A stretch of DNA of 61,688 nucleotides, the filler included, from Basidiobolus meristosporus CBS 931.73 (taxonomy: Eukaryota > Fungi > Basidiobolomycota), in the NCBI GenBank assembly GCA_002104905.1. It is 4 parts of 4 records of this genome, joined end to end, with 100 filler letters (N's around TTAATTAATTAA, not from the genome) between each part and the next. Parts side by side here need not be neighbours in the genome. Positions count along the whole stretch, not along the records: positions 30,960 to 49,238 come from MCFE01001065.1; 3 more parts are not named here. One strand, written 5' to 3'. This document shows positions 33,612 to 46,800 of this stretch, piece after piece. The notes under the pieces were generated by a model. It was not told the origin of the DNA. It worked only from the letters and a program-made list of their open reading frames with translations, and did not search any database. Both the position numbers and the translations under genes were made by a program. Position 1 is the first letter of the stretch, and each line of letters starts with the position of its first letter.

Positions 33612-35502
33612 TCTGAAAATTTATTGCTTGATCAATTCATCTTTTATCAACGCTGCACCTAGCATTAATACACCAAATATCTGTCTGCCTTCCTTCACAA
33701 TGAACATAGTAAGCTCTGTATGATGCTGAAATAACAGTAAGGTTGACAGACCGATATAAGCATATATGTGCCAAAATCGCTGAACAACCCGCATCCCGTT
33801 ATATAGCACTGGTTAATTACCCCACATTAGCTCGATTCTTCTCTATAACGCAAACTCATAAATCCCTCTTTGTGATAATATTGACTCTACAAGATGTTTA
33901 TTCACTTGCCATAACCATCTTCTAAGCTTAGGATGCGCTAGTTTTAGGTTCAAACACAGCGGCTATCAAGGCTTCACAAGCAGGCGTTCGTTTAGATTCC
34001 TACGCATAACTGGCTCTCCTTTAAACTTTACCATTACCTCGTCATTGTCCATTGTTAGCTCCTGCAACCCATGCGTCACTGAGAATACCTCGCACATGAC
34101 GCTCTATGGATACGGTCCTGGTCTTGCACCATGGTTTGCACAATAGTATCAGGCCATTGTCCTTTTATAGTCCAATATGATCAAATGATGACTTGAACAA
34201 TGTCCCTTTGTTAGAACTGGATTTCTACCATTGTTTATATGGATTGGGGAATGGGAACTGAGTCACCGCTCTGTTAGAGAGGGGCTTACTTGCTATTACG
34301 GTGAGTTGAACGTAAATTGGGAATATTTAATGGGGCATTAGCTTATATGTATGACTAATTGATATGAGTCAAATGATGTAGTACATTCCGGAAACAACCG
34401 CCGCAGTTCACTCGCTCATGGAAATAAACCACCATGCAATCAAGCGAAGAGATTTCAATATTAAATCAAGTTGAGCAAAGGGATTTGGATTGAATGCAAT
34501 ACTATGGTATATCGTACAAAACTCATCACTGCCCGAGAGAATCTGATCAAATGTATCCCTTGAAGGATGTTTGCTCAGTGGGTCCTTAGCAGAGCGCAAG
34601 CTACGGGGAGTTGTCCACGCATTGTGAATATTTATTGCTCGCTTTTTCCTCTTATATTAGATGGCGGTTAATTGACATCGCATCTAGGAAGCTTTACAGA
34701 ACTGATGAGTCTCATCAACACTGCATGTCGCATTCAAACACCAAATGTCTGTCTGTCCTCATTTGAAATGAGTATTAGAGGGAAAGTGCATTGTATGAAT
34801 GCGGATCAATCAACATTTAGCATGACGCTTATATTTACAACTAAGCCATTATCAAGTCTCGTATAACTGGCTTCCCCTCAAATTTGCCACTGCAACCATG
34901 AGGCGAGCATTGTTGTTCTGCAGTAAATGCCACGCTACGATCAGTGTGCAAGATTAGAACTGGATGTTGATAAGGCGCTAGCAAGGCTAGGAGGCTATCA
35001 CATTTAGGTACTCAGATCAGTTAACAGCCCCAACTATACGGAATGGCATTTATTTAGTTTGAATTGGCGACGGATGCGCTTGCTTCATATATGCTCAACA
35101 TATTAGTTTATGCATTGCGGATATGGAATGCTGCTTGGTAAACCTGGAGCTCAAACAATATCCGCCTCTCCCTTTCTCGCCATATCCTTCTTGGAGTTCT
35201 GTTCCTTAGGAGCCAACATCTTCACAGATGCAACTATATCCACAATGTCCTCTATTGCTTCAAGTCCTTGTGCCCAATAAATACTCCCCCTTCTTGCATC
35301 TTCTTTCCTGATGTATTTGGGCTTTTTTTTGCTAAAGTAGAGCAAATGCGGTTCTACAGAGCAAAATTGTAGAATGTTGTAGTGTCTTTGTTGCTTTGAC
35401 ACAGTGATATGTGATGTACTTGGCATCACACTCATATGAGCTATTTAACCAAGACCCGCTGTTTCTTTAGGTCACATACACACCACTGTTTGCAACACAT
35501 CC

Positions 35503-36609
35503 ATGCCCACGACTCCACTTTCTTCCGAGATATCTAAGCTGCTTATTGCACTACAGAATGTCTCTGATAGGGATCAGCTATTTGAGCTCCTCCGCGTCTT
35601 CATTGGCCTCCTTTTACGTGAAAAAGGCTTTGTGGATATTATACTGCGGGATTGTTTTCTGTCAGCTTTGCTATCTGATGGGATCCGGAAAGATGATGAT
35701 ATATCTACACCACCCCCAACTACACGATCTCTTATGAAAGGCAAAGAACCTTTGCTAACATCACCCTCATCGCCAGTACCTTGTACTCAACCTCTCCCCT
35801 TCCAAGCCAATTCCTCCCTAGCACATTGTGCCCAAGCACTCCCCTCCCAAGCCAACTCCCCGCTGTTCCATCATACTCAAGCTCCCCCCTCCCAAGCTAA
35901 TTCCTTGCTTGAACATTGTACTCAAGCTGCCCCCTCCCAAGCCAATTCCTTGCCGTCAAATAATTGTCAGGTAAAATGTGGTGCTAATCACTTCCTTCAG
36001 AAGTTGGCAGCAACAATCAAGCTTCATCAGGACTCTCCAAAGGATCTGAATCTAATTGCAGATCTTGATCCTTCCGAGCATTTTCAAGAAATACTCAATA
36101 GCCAACCTGCTTTGCCAGTGGTCCAGATTTCCAGGCTGAGCAATTCTGTGGAGCAGCTGAACGGTCTTGGAGAACTGGCCCTAATTCTGTCTAACATCCA
36201 CCTTTATCGGCTTGCAAGTATTTATGTTGACTTTTGTAGGGGTCAAATTGCTGATAACCCAAGTTGGAGATGTTTGACCCGTATTGGTATTACCAGAAAG
36301 CTCCGCTCAGCCTTATGCGTGCAAGCCGCTGCATGCCATCAGCCACTTAACTACTCAGCTGTAAAGGCAAACCTAGAGAGAGGAGCATCTCTATATTGTC
36401 TTGCCAGCTTCTTGGGTCTTTTGGTTTTATAGTATACTGATACAGTAACCGCAAGAAGAATTAGCGAGCTGTCTCCTGGATGCTGGGAGCTGGTGATTCA
36501 GTATCTAGTTGACAACCCTGACACAAGGGGCTGCTTTGGTGAAAATGAGCAATATGAGCATCTTAACACTCGGCAGCTCTTTGTTTTTGAGAACTACTAT
36601 CTATTATAG
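35503..36609 (+). pseudogene. Unknown protein with four 15-aa tandem repeats, probably TE-associated. A TAG at 36430 is followed by 58 more open codons
   Basis: 45-bp repeats at 35782-35960 (CTQPLPFQANSSLAH-type). The frame stays open from 36433 to TAG 36607-36609. Confidence 0.45.
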
Positions 36610-36887
36610 CTGTATTCAATAAATACCGTCAAGTGCTCTATGCAGCATATTGTCAGAACCAACCACACTAACATCATGGAATACAGGCCAAGTACTGTAG
36701 CTTTGCACTTATCATGCAAGATTACACATATATTAGTTTGTTTCAGAGTAAAATGCCGCCACTATTGACAAGTATTTTATATCCTTGTAAGTCTTGCCTC
36801 TGTAGATAAAGCCTCTATACTCTATGTATTATTCAATTGCATGTGGACTTCTGTATGTTCTTAGTCCCTAATAAAAACTAAATAAAA

Positions 36888-39800
36888 TGCCAGCATAATG
36901 CCATCATAATATCAGCTGAATTCCAAATTAATCAAAACTGACAGTTATCAATATCTCATGCACCAGCTATTGAGCAGATTAGCAACCATATTTTCCAGAA
37001 GGAGACTAGGCCAACCAACATCTATGCCAAGTTTGGTAATTAGCTGATCACTATGTTGACCAAAAATTGTAACATAATATTTGAACATGAAACACTGTGT
37101 GAATACCAGCAGAATACAAGCTGAAAATCAGATGAATTCCTAGTTTGTGATCTTTCATAGGGAGTATTGAGGCTTAGATAATAATAATGCATGTGAGTTA
37201 TGGAGTAAGTTCCTTGGATCTTACACATTTGGCAGCGATACTGCCCATTGTGCCCACAATATCCAGCTATCTTGCTGATGGCCATGGTATCTCCAAAGCA
37301 GATAACAATATGTGCATTAACTTGATGACCATTTACTAGAATTTCACTGGATAGCTTGCATCCTATTGTGGTGAAGTCTGACAAGTTGAGTGCCTTGCAA
37401 AGGTGGCATTCTCATCAGTGTGTGCCATCAACTGTGTGCACATGCTGGTATCAGGAGGATTTTTAGATCATATGTTGACAGGTGCATTACAGTTGTCCAT
37501 CTGTACCAGGCACATGGTAAGTTGCATCCCAAAATGATTTTAGCTAGAAGTAGTAGTAAATCCTCAAAGCCCCCATTACTCATATTGGGGGAAATGTGCC
37601 ACCTCTCTAGCATTTATATCACTTCATTCACCAGTAAATGGATTAATGGGGTCACTTGGCTCCATTGAGTATACTCTGCATTTTGTTCAATAGCTGTTTT
37701 CTCAACACATATTGGGCTCTTACCAGTCTCATGCAGGGTAAAGTTGTGAGGAGAAGTGGGCTTAGAATATATCAGAGAGCCTTCTTCAGAGCTATCACCA
37801 TATGGGCCATATTTGGAAGGCTAAGGTGAGCTGGAAGGTTGCACAGACTTGCCTGACTTATTTTTGGCAAATTGGCACAAGCAGCCAGATGCTGTAATAG
37901 AAGTATGAAGAGGCTGGCAAGACATTTTAGGTGATATAGTGACTGATGAATGTTTATACATGGCTTGTATGGAAAAACACTGGCAGTGATCTTGGTAATA
38001 TTTCCTGTGCTGTCTATGTGCCCCATGGCTGAGGGGCTTATTGTAATAACCACACAGTCTTTTTTCGCTACTCTTGGGGTGTTTTATCAGTGTAATCTTG
38101 TCCATGAGCCAAGTGGCTTGATATTTGACAATGTATTGCTGTTGTATCACTTTCTTGTCAATATTCATGAAAGTCAAGACAGTCATCTATATGAGATATT
38201 GAATCTACATGAATGTAAGATTAAATCATGACTCACAATGCTAATCATTATAAATAAAGTTGTGGCACCACATACCCACATATATGTAGTACTACATCCT
38301 CTTTGGTTTGACTTGCATCATATATATGCAGAAAAAAAATAACCTAACTTTGACTGGTCCCCAACCAACCACAGTGCAGACAGCAGCATAAGAATGGTTA
38401 GACAACAGCTTGCTGCAATGTTTAGTGCAGCAAGTGGAGCCACATCCAAAAAAATCTGCATTGAAAGTGTACTCACTGAAGATAATGATACAGACTCCTC
38501 AGCCTCTCAGTCAACTAGGCACTTGGAAATATCTGGGGAGCCGCAAGCTGACTATAAAGCTCAGGCAGATGGGAGTGTTGCAAATGGAGTATCACTGGTA
38601 GAAGACTGGCAAATGACCATCATGACTACAGCGCCACTGGTACTTGCAAGTATATTATCAGCCTATATCAAAGCATTGAGAGGTGCTTGTGGCAAGTGGC
38701 TAATAGAATAGATGCAATGGCCCAGAGAAATCAGGAAACAGTTCAGGGACAGGATGAGTGGATACTGGGTGTAGAGCAATCAATATCCCAGGTAGAGAAT
38801 GCAGTATTGTTGCCGCAAAGAAGGAACTTAAGCAGCTGTATGATATAGATCAGAATTGAGCTATTTCTTGAAATAGCAGCAGTGGAAAATCACTCCATTT
38901 CTAATGCACAACAACAATGCCTGAAGATAAGGCCCAGAGAAAAGCCTTTCTCAGCATGGGAGGGAGAGACTGTGAGAAACATACCAAAGATTCAATATCA
39001 AAAAACACTGAAAAGCCATCAGGCCATTGAATGCAATGATAATGAGTGGGCACATATTCAAGAGGCCATCAGAAATACTGCATGCACTCATCTAAAGGCT
39101 GGCACACCTAAGGTTTTCAGGAACTATAGGACAGGCAGAGAGCACTTGACCTCCCCCATGAGCATTGTCCTGGACTCAAATAATCAAACAGATCTTGGGG
39201 CAGCACTGAGATGCTAAGAAGATATATAAGAATAGTAGAAACTATCCAGGGCAGAAGAACAATGGAGCCATGGCTAAAAAACAGCAACTTCCTCATGAGC
39301 CCATAGTAAGCAGGACTGAAAGCTTGAAACAAGTGGTAAAAAAGTGTCAAGTTGCTAGAACAGTGCTGTTAAGGGGAAAATAGGCAGAAACAAATACACC
39401 AATGCAGTACTTATCAAGGAAATAGCATGGTACACTACAGAAAGTACTCAGTCAAAGTAGCAGCAAAGAACCTGGCAGTGGTGCAGTGAAAGAAAAAGGG
39501 AAAGTAAAGAAGTTCTACCCAAGCCAGCAGCCAAGAAGTGTGAGGAACAATCTGCAGTTCTCACCAATTGACAACAACAACTTAGAACAGTCTGAAGCTT
39601 GGAGTAGCCAAGAATAATTAGCAACAAGATAACAGCGGTTTTAACAAGAGCTGAAAGCACAGCCAGTTGAACTACTCTCCAGTGAGGTAGATGTGCTTGT
39701 AGAGAAAGGCAATTTGTCTACCATAGCTTTCACAACCTCCACAGCCTCAGTTATATTCACAGTGGAGATCCTACTGGCAAGCAAAGCAACAATGTGAGGA

Positions 39801-40376
39801 AGTCTTAAAAAAGGATGAAAGTACATATGTATATTACAAGGAATTTTTACAAAGACTGGCAGTACAGTGCTGAACTTTCTATAGCTGGCTGAAGACCAGA
39901 ATGTTTGAAAACCAGTGAACAAGCAATGGCACAAAGCCATAGGGTACCTGTCAAAGTCATGGCCAAAGGGTGTCAAGGCAGAGACCCTTATTGAATGGAG
40001 TACTTTAATGGGGGTACTTGCTGTGTGTGAGGTAAGGCTCAGTGTTAGTGCTGGGTATAGGCACTTATATAGGTCAGAACCATATCAAGAAGCTCAAAGT
40101 TGGAATTCATCTGATTTTTAGCTGGTAATCAACTGGCATTATATTTACATATTGCTGGTATTCTACCAGTATATCCCCTTCAAATTGTCAATTGGAATTT
40201 TTAAGCTGGATAGCAGGCAGCTGATTACCAAGTTTAGTGCAAATGCAGGTTGGTGTAGTCATCACCTGGAGAATATGCCTGCATATCTACCTGACAGCTA
40301 GTACCTGATGTGTTGAGAGTGGCCATTTTTGAAAAACTTAGAATTCAGCTGATATTATGATGACATTCAGCTGGCC
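36888..40376 (-). mobile_element. Decayed CMC/EnSpm(CACTA)-like DNA transposon with about 55-bp terminal inverted repeats
   Basis: The inverted repeat gccagc..aatg.catcataatatcagctgaattc occurs at about 36889-36945 and 40321-40375. Tnp2-like fragments GDTMAISKIAGYCGHNGQYRCQMC (37040-37384) and WHISPNMSNGGFEDLLLLLAKIILGCNLP (37428-37613). Confidence 0.6.
39450..39740. repeat. About 290-bp diverged repeat, present in inverted orientation at 43560-43855
   Basis: gctgttatcttgttg...ttcttggcta...ttcagactgttctaag matches on opposite strands. Confidence 0.75.
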
Positions 40377-41037
40377 TGTTGTTGACTTTTCTTCTTAAGC
40401 AGTATAATCTACAATTTACCTACTTCAGACAATTCAACAGAGATAAACTAATTTGTATGCATGAAAAGTAAGTGGAGTGGTGGACTTTGTAATCAAGAAG
40501 TGTGAAGTGAGGCAATAGCCAATCAATATACACAAACAGACAAATTGATTGAGTGTCTGGGATCAGAAAGTGAGAGAAATGGCAAGGAACTAATTGAAAG
40601 CCACTTGTGAACCAATGAAATAAAAATATTTAGCTAAGCTTTTTGTGCAATGTGAAGTGCAATATTATTTGCACAGTTTTTGCATGGTGTCCTGACGGCA
40701 TCAGTACCTCTTGGTCACAGGATATAAATCTTGAGATGGCCTTCTGATGAGATCATCACAATTTATATCATAGTGCTTAGCATCTATAAGTGAGAATTGC
40801 CAGAGATTAGGATGTACTTCACAGGTACTTTTAAGCATCCATTTTAGACTTGTTCTGATGGATAATGCCACACCATATGATACCATAGGCTGCCAATGGC
40901 ACACAGCAGACCTAAATCTGGCCACAGACTGTAAAATATAACTGTACATATTCATACAAGGTAGCCTCTGTGCTTCACCCATTGTTTTAGAGAAAATCTA
41001 CTTTTTGACCTTTTTTTAGGGATGAAATTGTGCAAGA

Positions 41038-41350
41038 TGTCCACAAGTGAGATAGAAATGAAGGCATGCATCTGATATTCAATACCCATGGAACTCTAAC
41101 TCTAACTTTAGGGGGTTTAAGCATGCCATAAAAATGGATGGCACTATCTTAGTCCACTGGTACTATCTGGCACTTTAAAGGCTTCAGATTAAATTTACCA
41201 TAAGGATAATATTCAAGTATAGTACTGGATAGTACCAGTGGACCAAGATAGAGCTATCCATTTTTATAACATGCTTAAACTCCATGCAGCAAGAATTAGA
41301 GTTCTATGAGTATCAAATGCTTGCCTTCATTTCTTTTGCACTTCTGAGCA
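41038..41350. mobile_element. Fold-back MITE-like element, 313 bp, with about 130-bp inverted arms
   Basis: The left arm gaaatgaaggca.gcat.tgata...tttaagcatg..ataaaaatggat.gc.ctatctt.gtccactggtactatc is mirrored on the right. No TSD resolved. Confidence 0.8.
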
Positions 41351-43859
41351 CCATGAATAACATTGACCCCAGAAAATGGTCAAAAGATGAACTTTCTACA
41401 GCACAATAGGTGTAACACATGGGCTGCTATTTGTAAAGATGTGCAATTCTAACTCACAATCTATGGCAAAGTTTAGGATTGATTCATGTCTTTGGCACAT
41501 GGTGGCACTATTTGACACTATCACACAGAGCAATATTGTTCACATCAATCAAACAGCAATTTACACAAAAACATACAGCTCAGTTATTGATTGCCATTTT
41601 CACTTTGAGCATCCACTAGCAGCTGTCAGAGAAAAAGATTGCCCACCTGACCAAAACAACGTTGTTATTCAACGCTATTAGATCAGTGATCATTGCTATT
41701 TTGGTGCCAGCATCAGCTGGCTGCAGCTAGGCAGTTACATTGCTTACATTACTATGGCATCACTGCAATATGAGCTATTAGCTCATATACTTATCACCAT
41801 TTTTGTTACAGCTGGTTACATTGCTCACATGGCTATCACATTATGATCTGAAGCTATTAGCTTGATTGTTCATTAACATTTGTGGTGTTGGCATTAACTG
41901 GCAGCAGTTAGATAAGTCCATTTTTCACATGACTTCAGCAAGATAACAATCTAAAACTACTGCCTCTGTTATCTATTTTCATACTTGGTGTGAGCATTCA
42001 CTGGCTGCCACCAGGCTTTACATTGCTCATATGACCAGAGAAACAGTATATTATGGGACAATTAGATCAAGAAATATCTTGCCATTTTTGGTGAGAGCAT
42101 CCACTAGCTGCTGCCAGACAAATCTACCAATCACATGGCTCAATCAGCAAAATATTCCAAAATTTGCATATCAGTTTTATAGAGGACTTGTTCCATTGTA
42201 CCCTGGCAGCGTGTGTGGCATGACACATGGTCTAAAAGAATAACTGGGTGCATTATTATAATAATTAATAGGCAAAATCATTCTTGGACAATATTGCACT
42301 ATGTGGGACAATCATGCACATAATGCAACAATCTGACACAATAAGGATGGCATGGATGATTACACTAGTCCATAATAGCCATCCCACATTTGCAATCCAA
42401 TACCACCATGATAGCAGGTATAAGAAGGTATATGGATATATTTCTTTTGAAATAATTAGGAATCCACCTGATTATTAATGTATTGTGAACTAGTACTTAG
42501 TTGAAAAGTGTACTTCAGATTGTTCACTTAGAAATTAGTTTATAATGTATATGCTAATTATTCAGAATTAATGAAGTACATAATCTTAAGAAAATTTGAA
42601 ACTTGTCCAAATGAGCTGATACTTGGCACATGTACTCCTGAGAACCTCCAATAATGACCAAATTGCTATATTTACGTAGTCCTGCAATAAGTATAATACT
42701 GTGTTGCAACTCAATAAAGTAGCAAGCAATTAACAGGTAAACCTTCTAATTCTCCAATTCACTTCCAATATATCTATCTAATATTTCAACAGTTTCTGCA
42801 GCATAAAAGGAAATATATGCATATCACACTATAAACCATACTGATACTTAACACTTTGGTTACCCTCATTCTAATTAGATGAAGTGTCAAAGTAGGATTG
42901 GCTTAAAAGTATCATAAAGCTTTAAGCCCCAATTGGTCTAATGGCAAATATGCAGGCTACCTGATTTGCTGTCAAATATCCCATCTCTCCTATTAAGCAA
43001 ACAATTCATAGAACCTAATGATTGGACCAGATGTGATGGTTGCATGTGAATAGTTAGGCAGATGCAAAACAGACCAAATAGCTGCACTGGTGTTGCAGAT
43101 GATGTAGTAATATGCCAGGTGTGTATTTTTAGGGGTAAGTTTCAGGTGTGAGACTACTAAGATATTACTCTTATCTACACCCTATAGACAATGTGAAGAT
43201 CATGTATAATGGCCTTAACAAAATCTTAATCCCATGACCAGGAGGTATTGATGCCATCAGGTCACTGTGCCAAAAATGTTGGAAATAGGTTGCACCTCAA
43301 ATTGTGCAAAACAATTAGTCAAATTTTCTCATTTCTACAGTTCCTAACTTACTTTTGATTGGTTCTTTGTCATTTGTATCACTTTCTACAATACTTCCTT
43401 GCAATATGCAAGTGTATTGCTGTCATTACTGCTTTTGAAAAGGTGCTGCAACACCCTGGTGTGCTTATTGGAGATCCAAAACTCCACTCTAGGTGTTGCA
43501 ATAATCCTCATACTCCTTCAAGCTTGTGCTTTTCTTACAGTGAGATATTCACTCTATGTACAACCAAGGCAGTAGTAGATAAACTGCCTTTGTCTGCAAG
43601 CTCATCTACTTAGCTGGAGTGTAGGTCAACTGGCTGCAATTTAAGCTCTTGGGAAAGAAGCTGTTATCTTGTTGAAGATTCTTCTTGGCTATTACAGTAT
43701 TCAGACTGTTCTAAGCTGACATCATTAATTTGTAAGAGCTGCAGCTTGTTTCTCACATGTCTCTGCCACTGGCTTGGGTGGACTTTTTTTCCTTTCCCTT
43801 TCTCCTTCATTGTACTACTGTCAGGTCTTCACTGCTACTTCTGCTGAGTGCATCTTGTA

Positions 43860-46800
43860 TTGTACTACATTTTTCCACAGACATGTAACTGAATTTCAGC
43901 ATGTGAATCTTCTTTCTCACAGCAGCCACTGGTTGCTCACTGGCATGTGACTGACAACCATGTTGCTAATTTTTAATTTGACAGCAGCCACTTGTTGCCT
44001 GTGGACATGTGACCAACAAACATGATTCTAATTTAATGTAACAGCAGCTACTTGTTGCTCACAGACATGTGACTAAAAACATACACATTGATGATCAGGC
44101 TAACAGCAGCTACCAAATGCCCACAAATATGTGACTGAATGTCAGAATGCCAAATTCCTTACTGACATGTGACTGAATTCCAGCATGCCAATTTTCTTTC
44201 TAACGGCTGCCACTGGTTGCTCACAGGCATGTGACTGACAATCATAATGCTAATTTTTAATCTGACAGCAGCTACTGGTTGCTTACAGACATGTGACTTA
44301 AAATCATTATGCTAAATTTAATCTGACAGCAGCCACTTGTTGCCCACAGACATGTGACTAAAAACCATCAGAATATTGATCAGGCTGACAGCAGCCACCG
44401 GTTGCCCACAGACATGTGACTGAATTTCAGCATGCTAATTTTCTTTGCGACAGCAGCCACTGGTTGCCCACAGACATGTGACGGAATTTTGGTCTGCCAG
44501 TTTTGTCACTAACAACAGCCACTGGTTGCCCTGAGACATGTGACTGAATTTCAGCATGCTATTTTTCTCTGTGATAGCAGCCACTGGTTGCCACATACAT
44601 GTGTTTGAATTTCAGATTGCCAGGTTTTACTGACAGCAGCCACTGGTTGCCCACAGACATGTGACTGAATTTCAGCATGCTAATTTTCTTACTGACAGCA
44701 GCCACTGGTTGCCCACAGACATGTGACTGAATTTCAGCATGCTAACTTCTTTCTGAGCAGCAGCCACTGGTTGCCCACAGACATGTGACTGAATTTCAGC
44801 ATGCTAATTTTCTTACTGACAGCAGCCACTGGTTGCCCACAGACATGTGACTGAATTTCAGCATGCTAACTTTCTTTCTGAGAGCAGCCACTGGTTGCCA
44901 CAGACATGTGACTGAATTTCAGCATGCTAATTTTCTTACTGACAGCAGCCACTGGTTGCCCACAGACATGTGACTGAATTTCAGCATGCTAACTTTCTTT
45001 CTGAGAGCAGCCACTGGTTGCCCACAGACATGTGACTGAATTTCAGCATGCTAATTTTCTTACTGACAGCAGCCACTGGTTGCCCACAGACATGTGACTG
45101 AATTTCAGCATGCTAATTTTCTTTCTGAGAGCAGCCACTGGTTGCCCACAGACATGTGACTGAATTTCAGCTTGCTAATTTTCTTACTGACAGCGCCACT
45201 GTTGCCCACAGACATGTGACTGAATTTCTGCTTGCCAGTTTTCTTATCGCGCACCCTGGTTCCACAGACATGTACTGAATTTCAGCTTGCCAGTTTTCTT
45301 ACTGACAGCAGCCACTGGTTGCCCACAGACATGTGACTGAATTTCAGCATGCTAATTTTCTTTCTGAGAGCATCCACTGCTGGCCACAGACATGTGACTG
45401 AACTTCAGCTTTCCAGTTTTCTTACTGACAGCAGCCACTGGTTGCCCTGAGACATGTGACTGAATTTTGGCTTGCCAGTTTCTACTGACAGCAGCCACTG
45501 GTTGCCCACAGACATGTGACTGAATTTCAGCATGCTGATTTTCTTTGCGACAGCAGCCACTGGTTGCCCACAGACATGTGACTGAATTTTGGTCTGCCAG
45601 TTTTGTCACTAACAACAGCCGCTGGTTGCCCTGAGACATGTGACTGAATTTCAGCATGCTAATTTTGTCTGTGATAGCAGCCACTGGTTGCCCACATACA
45701 TGTGATTGAATTTCAACTTGCCAGGTTTTACTGACAGCAGCCACCGGTTGCCCACAGACATGTGACTGAATTTCAGCATGCTAACTTTCTTTCTGAGAGC
45801 AACCACTGGTTGCCCACAGACATGTGACTGAATTTCAGCTTGCCAGTTTTCTTACTGACAGCAGCCACTGGTTGCCCACATTCATGTGACTGAATTTCAG
45901 CATGCTAATTCTCTTTATGAGAGCAGCCACTGGTTGCCCACAGACATGTGACTGAATTTCAGCATGATAATTTGTCTTACTGACAGCAGCCACTGGTTGC
46001 CCACAGACATGTGATTTCAGCATGCTAACTTTCTTTCTGAGAGTAGCCACTGGTTGCCCACAGTCATGTGACTGAACTTCAGCATGCTAATTTTCTTTCT
46101 GAGAGCAGCCACTGGTTGCCCACAGACATGTTACTGAATTTCAGCTTGCCAGTTTTCTTACTGACAGCAGCCACTTGTTGCCCACAGACATGTGACTACA
46201 AGCCATCAGAATATTGATCATACTGACAGCAGCCACTGGTTGCCCACAGACATGTGACTGAATTTCAGCATGCTAATTTTCTTTCCGACAGCAGCCACTG
46301 GTTGCCCACAGACATGTGACTGAATTTCAGCATGCTAATATTCTATCTGAGAGCAGCCACTGGTTGCCCACAGACATATTACTGAATTTCAGCTTGCCAG
46401 TTTTCTTACTGACAGCAGCCACTGGTTGCCCACAGACATGTGACTGAATTTCAGCTTTCCAGTTTTCCTACTGACAGCAGCCACTGGTTGCCCTGAGACA
46501 TGTGACTGAATTTTGGCTTGCCAGTTTTTACTGACAGCAGCCACTGGTTGCCCACAGACATGTGACTGAATTTCAGCATGCTAATTTTCTTTGCGACAGC
46601 AGCCACTGGTTGCCCACAGACATGTGACTGAATTTTGGTCAGCCAGTTTTGTCACTAACAACAGCCGCTGGTTGCCCTGAGACATGTGACTGAATTTCAG
46701 CATGCTAATTTTCTCTGTGATAGCAGCCACTGGTTGCCCACATACATGTGATTGAATTTCAGCTTGCCAGGTTTTACTGACAGCAGCCACCGGTTGCCCA

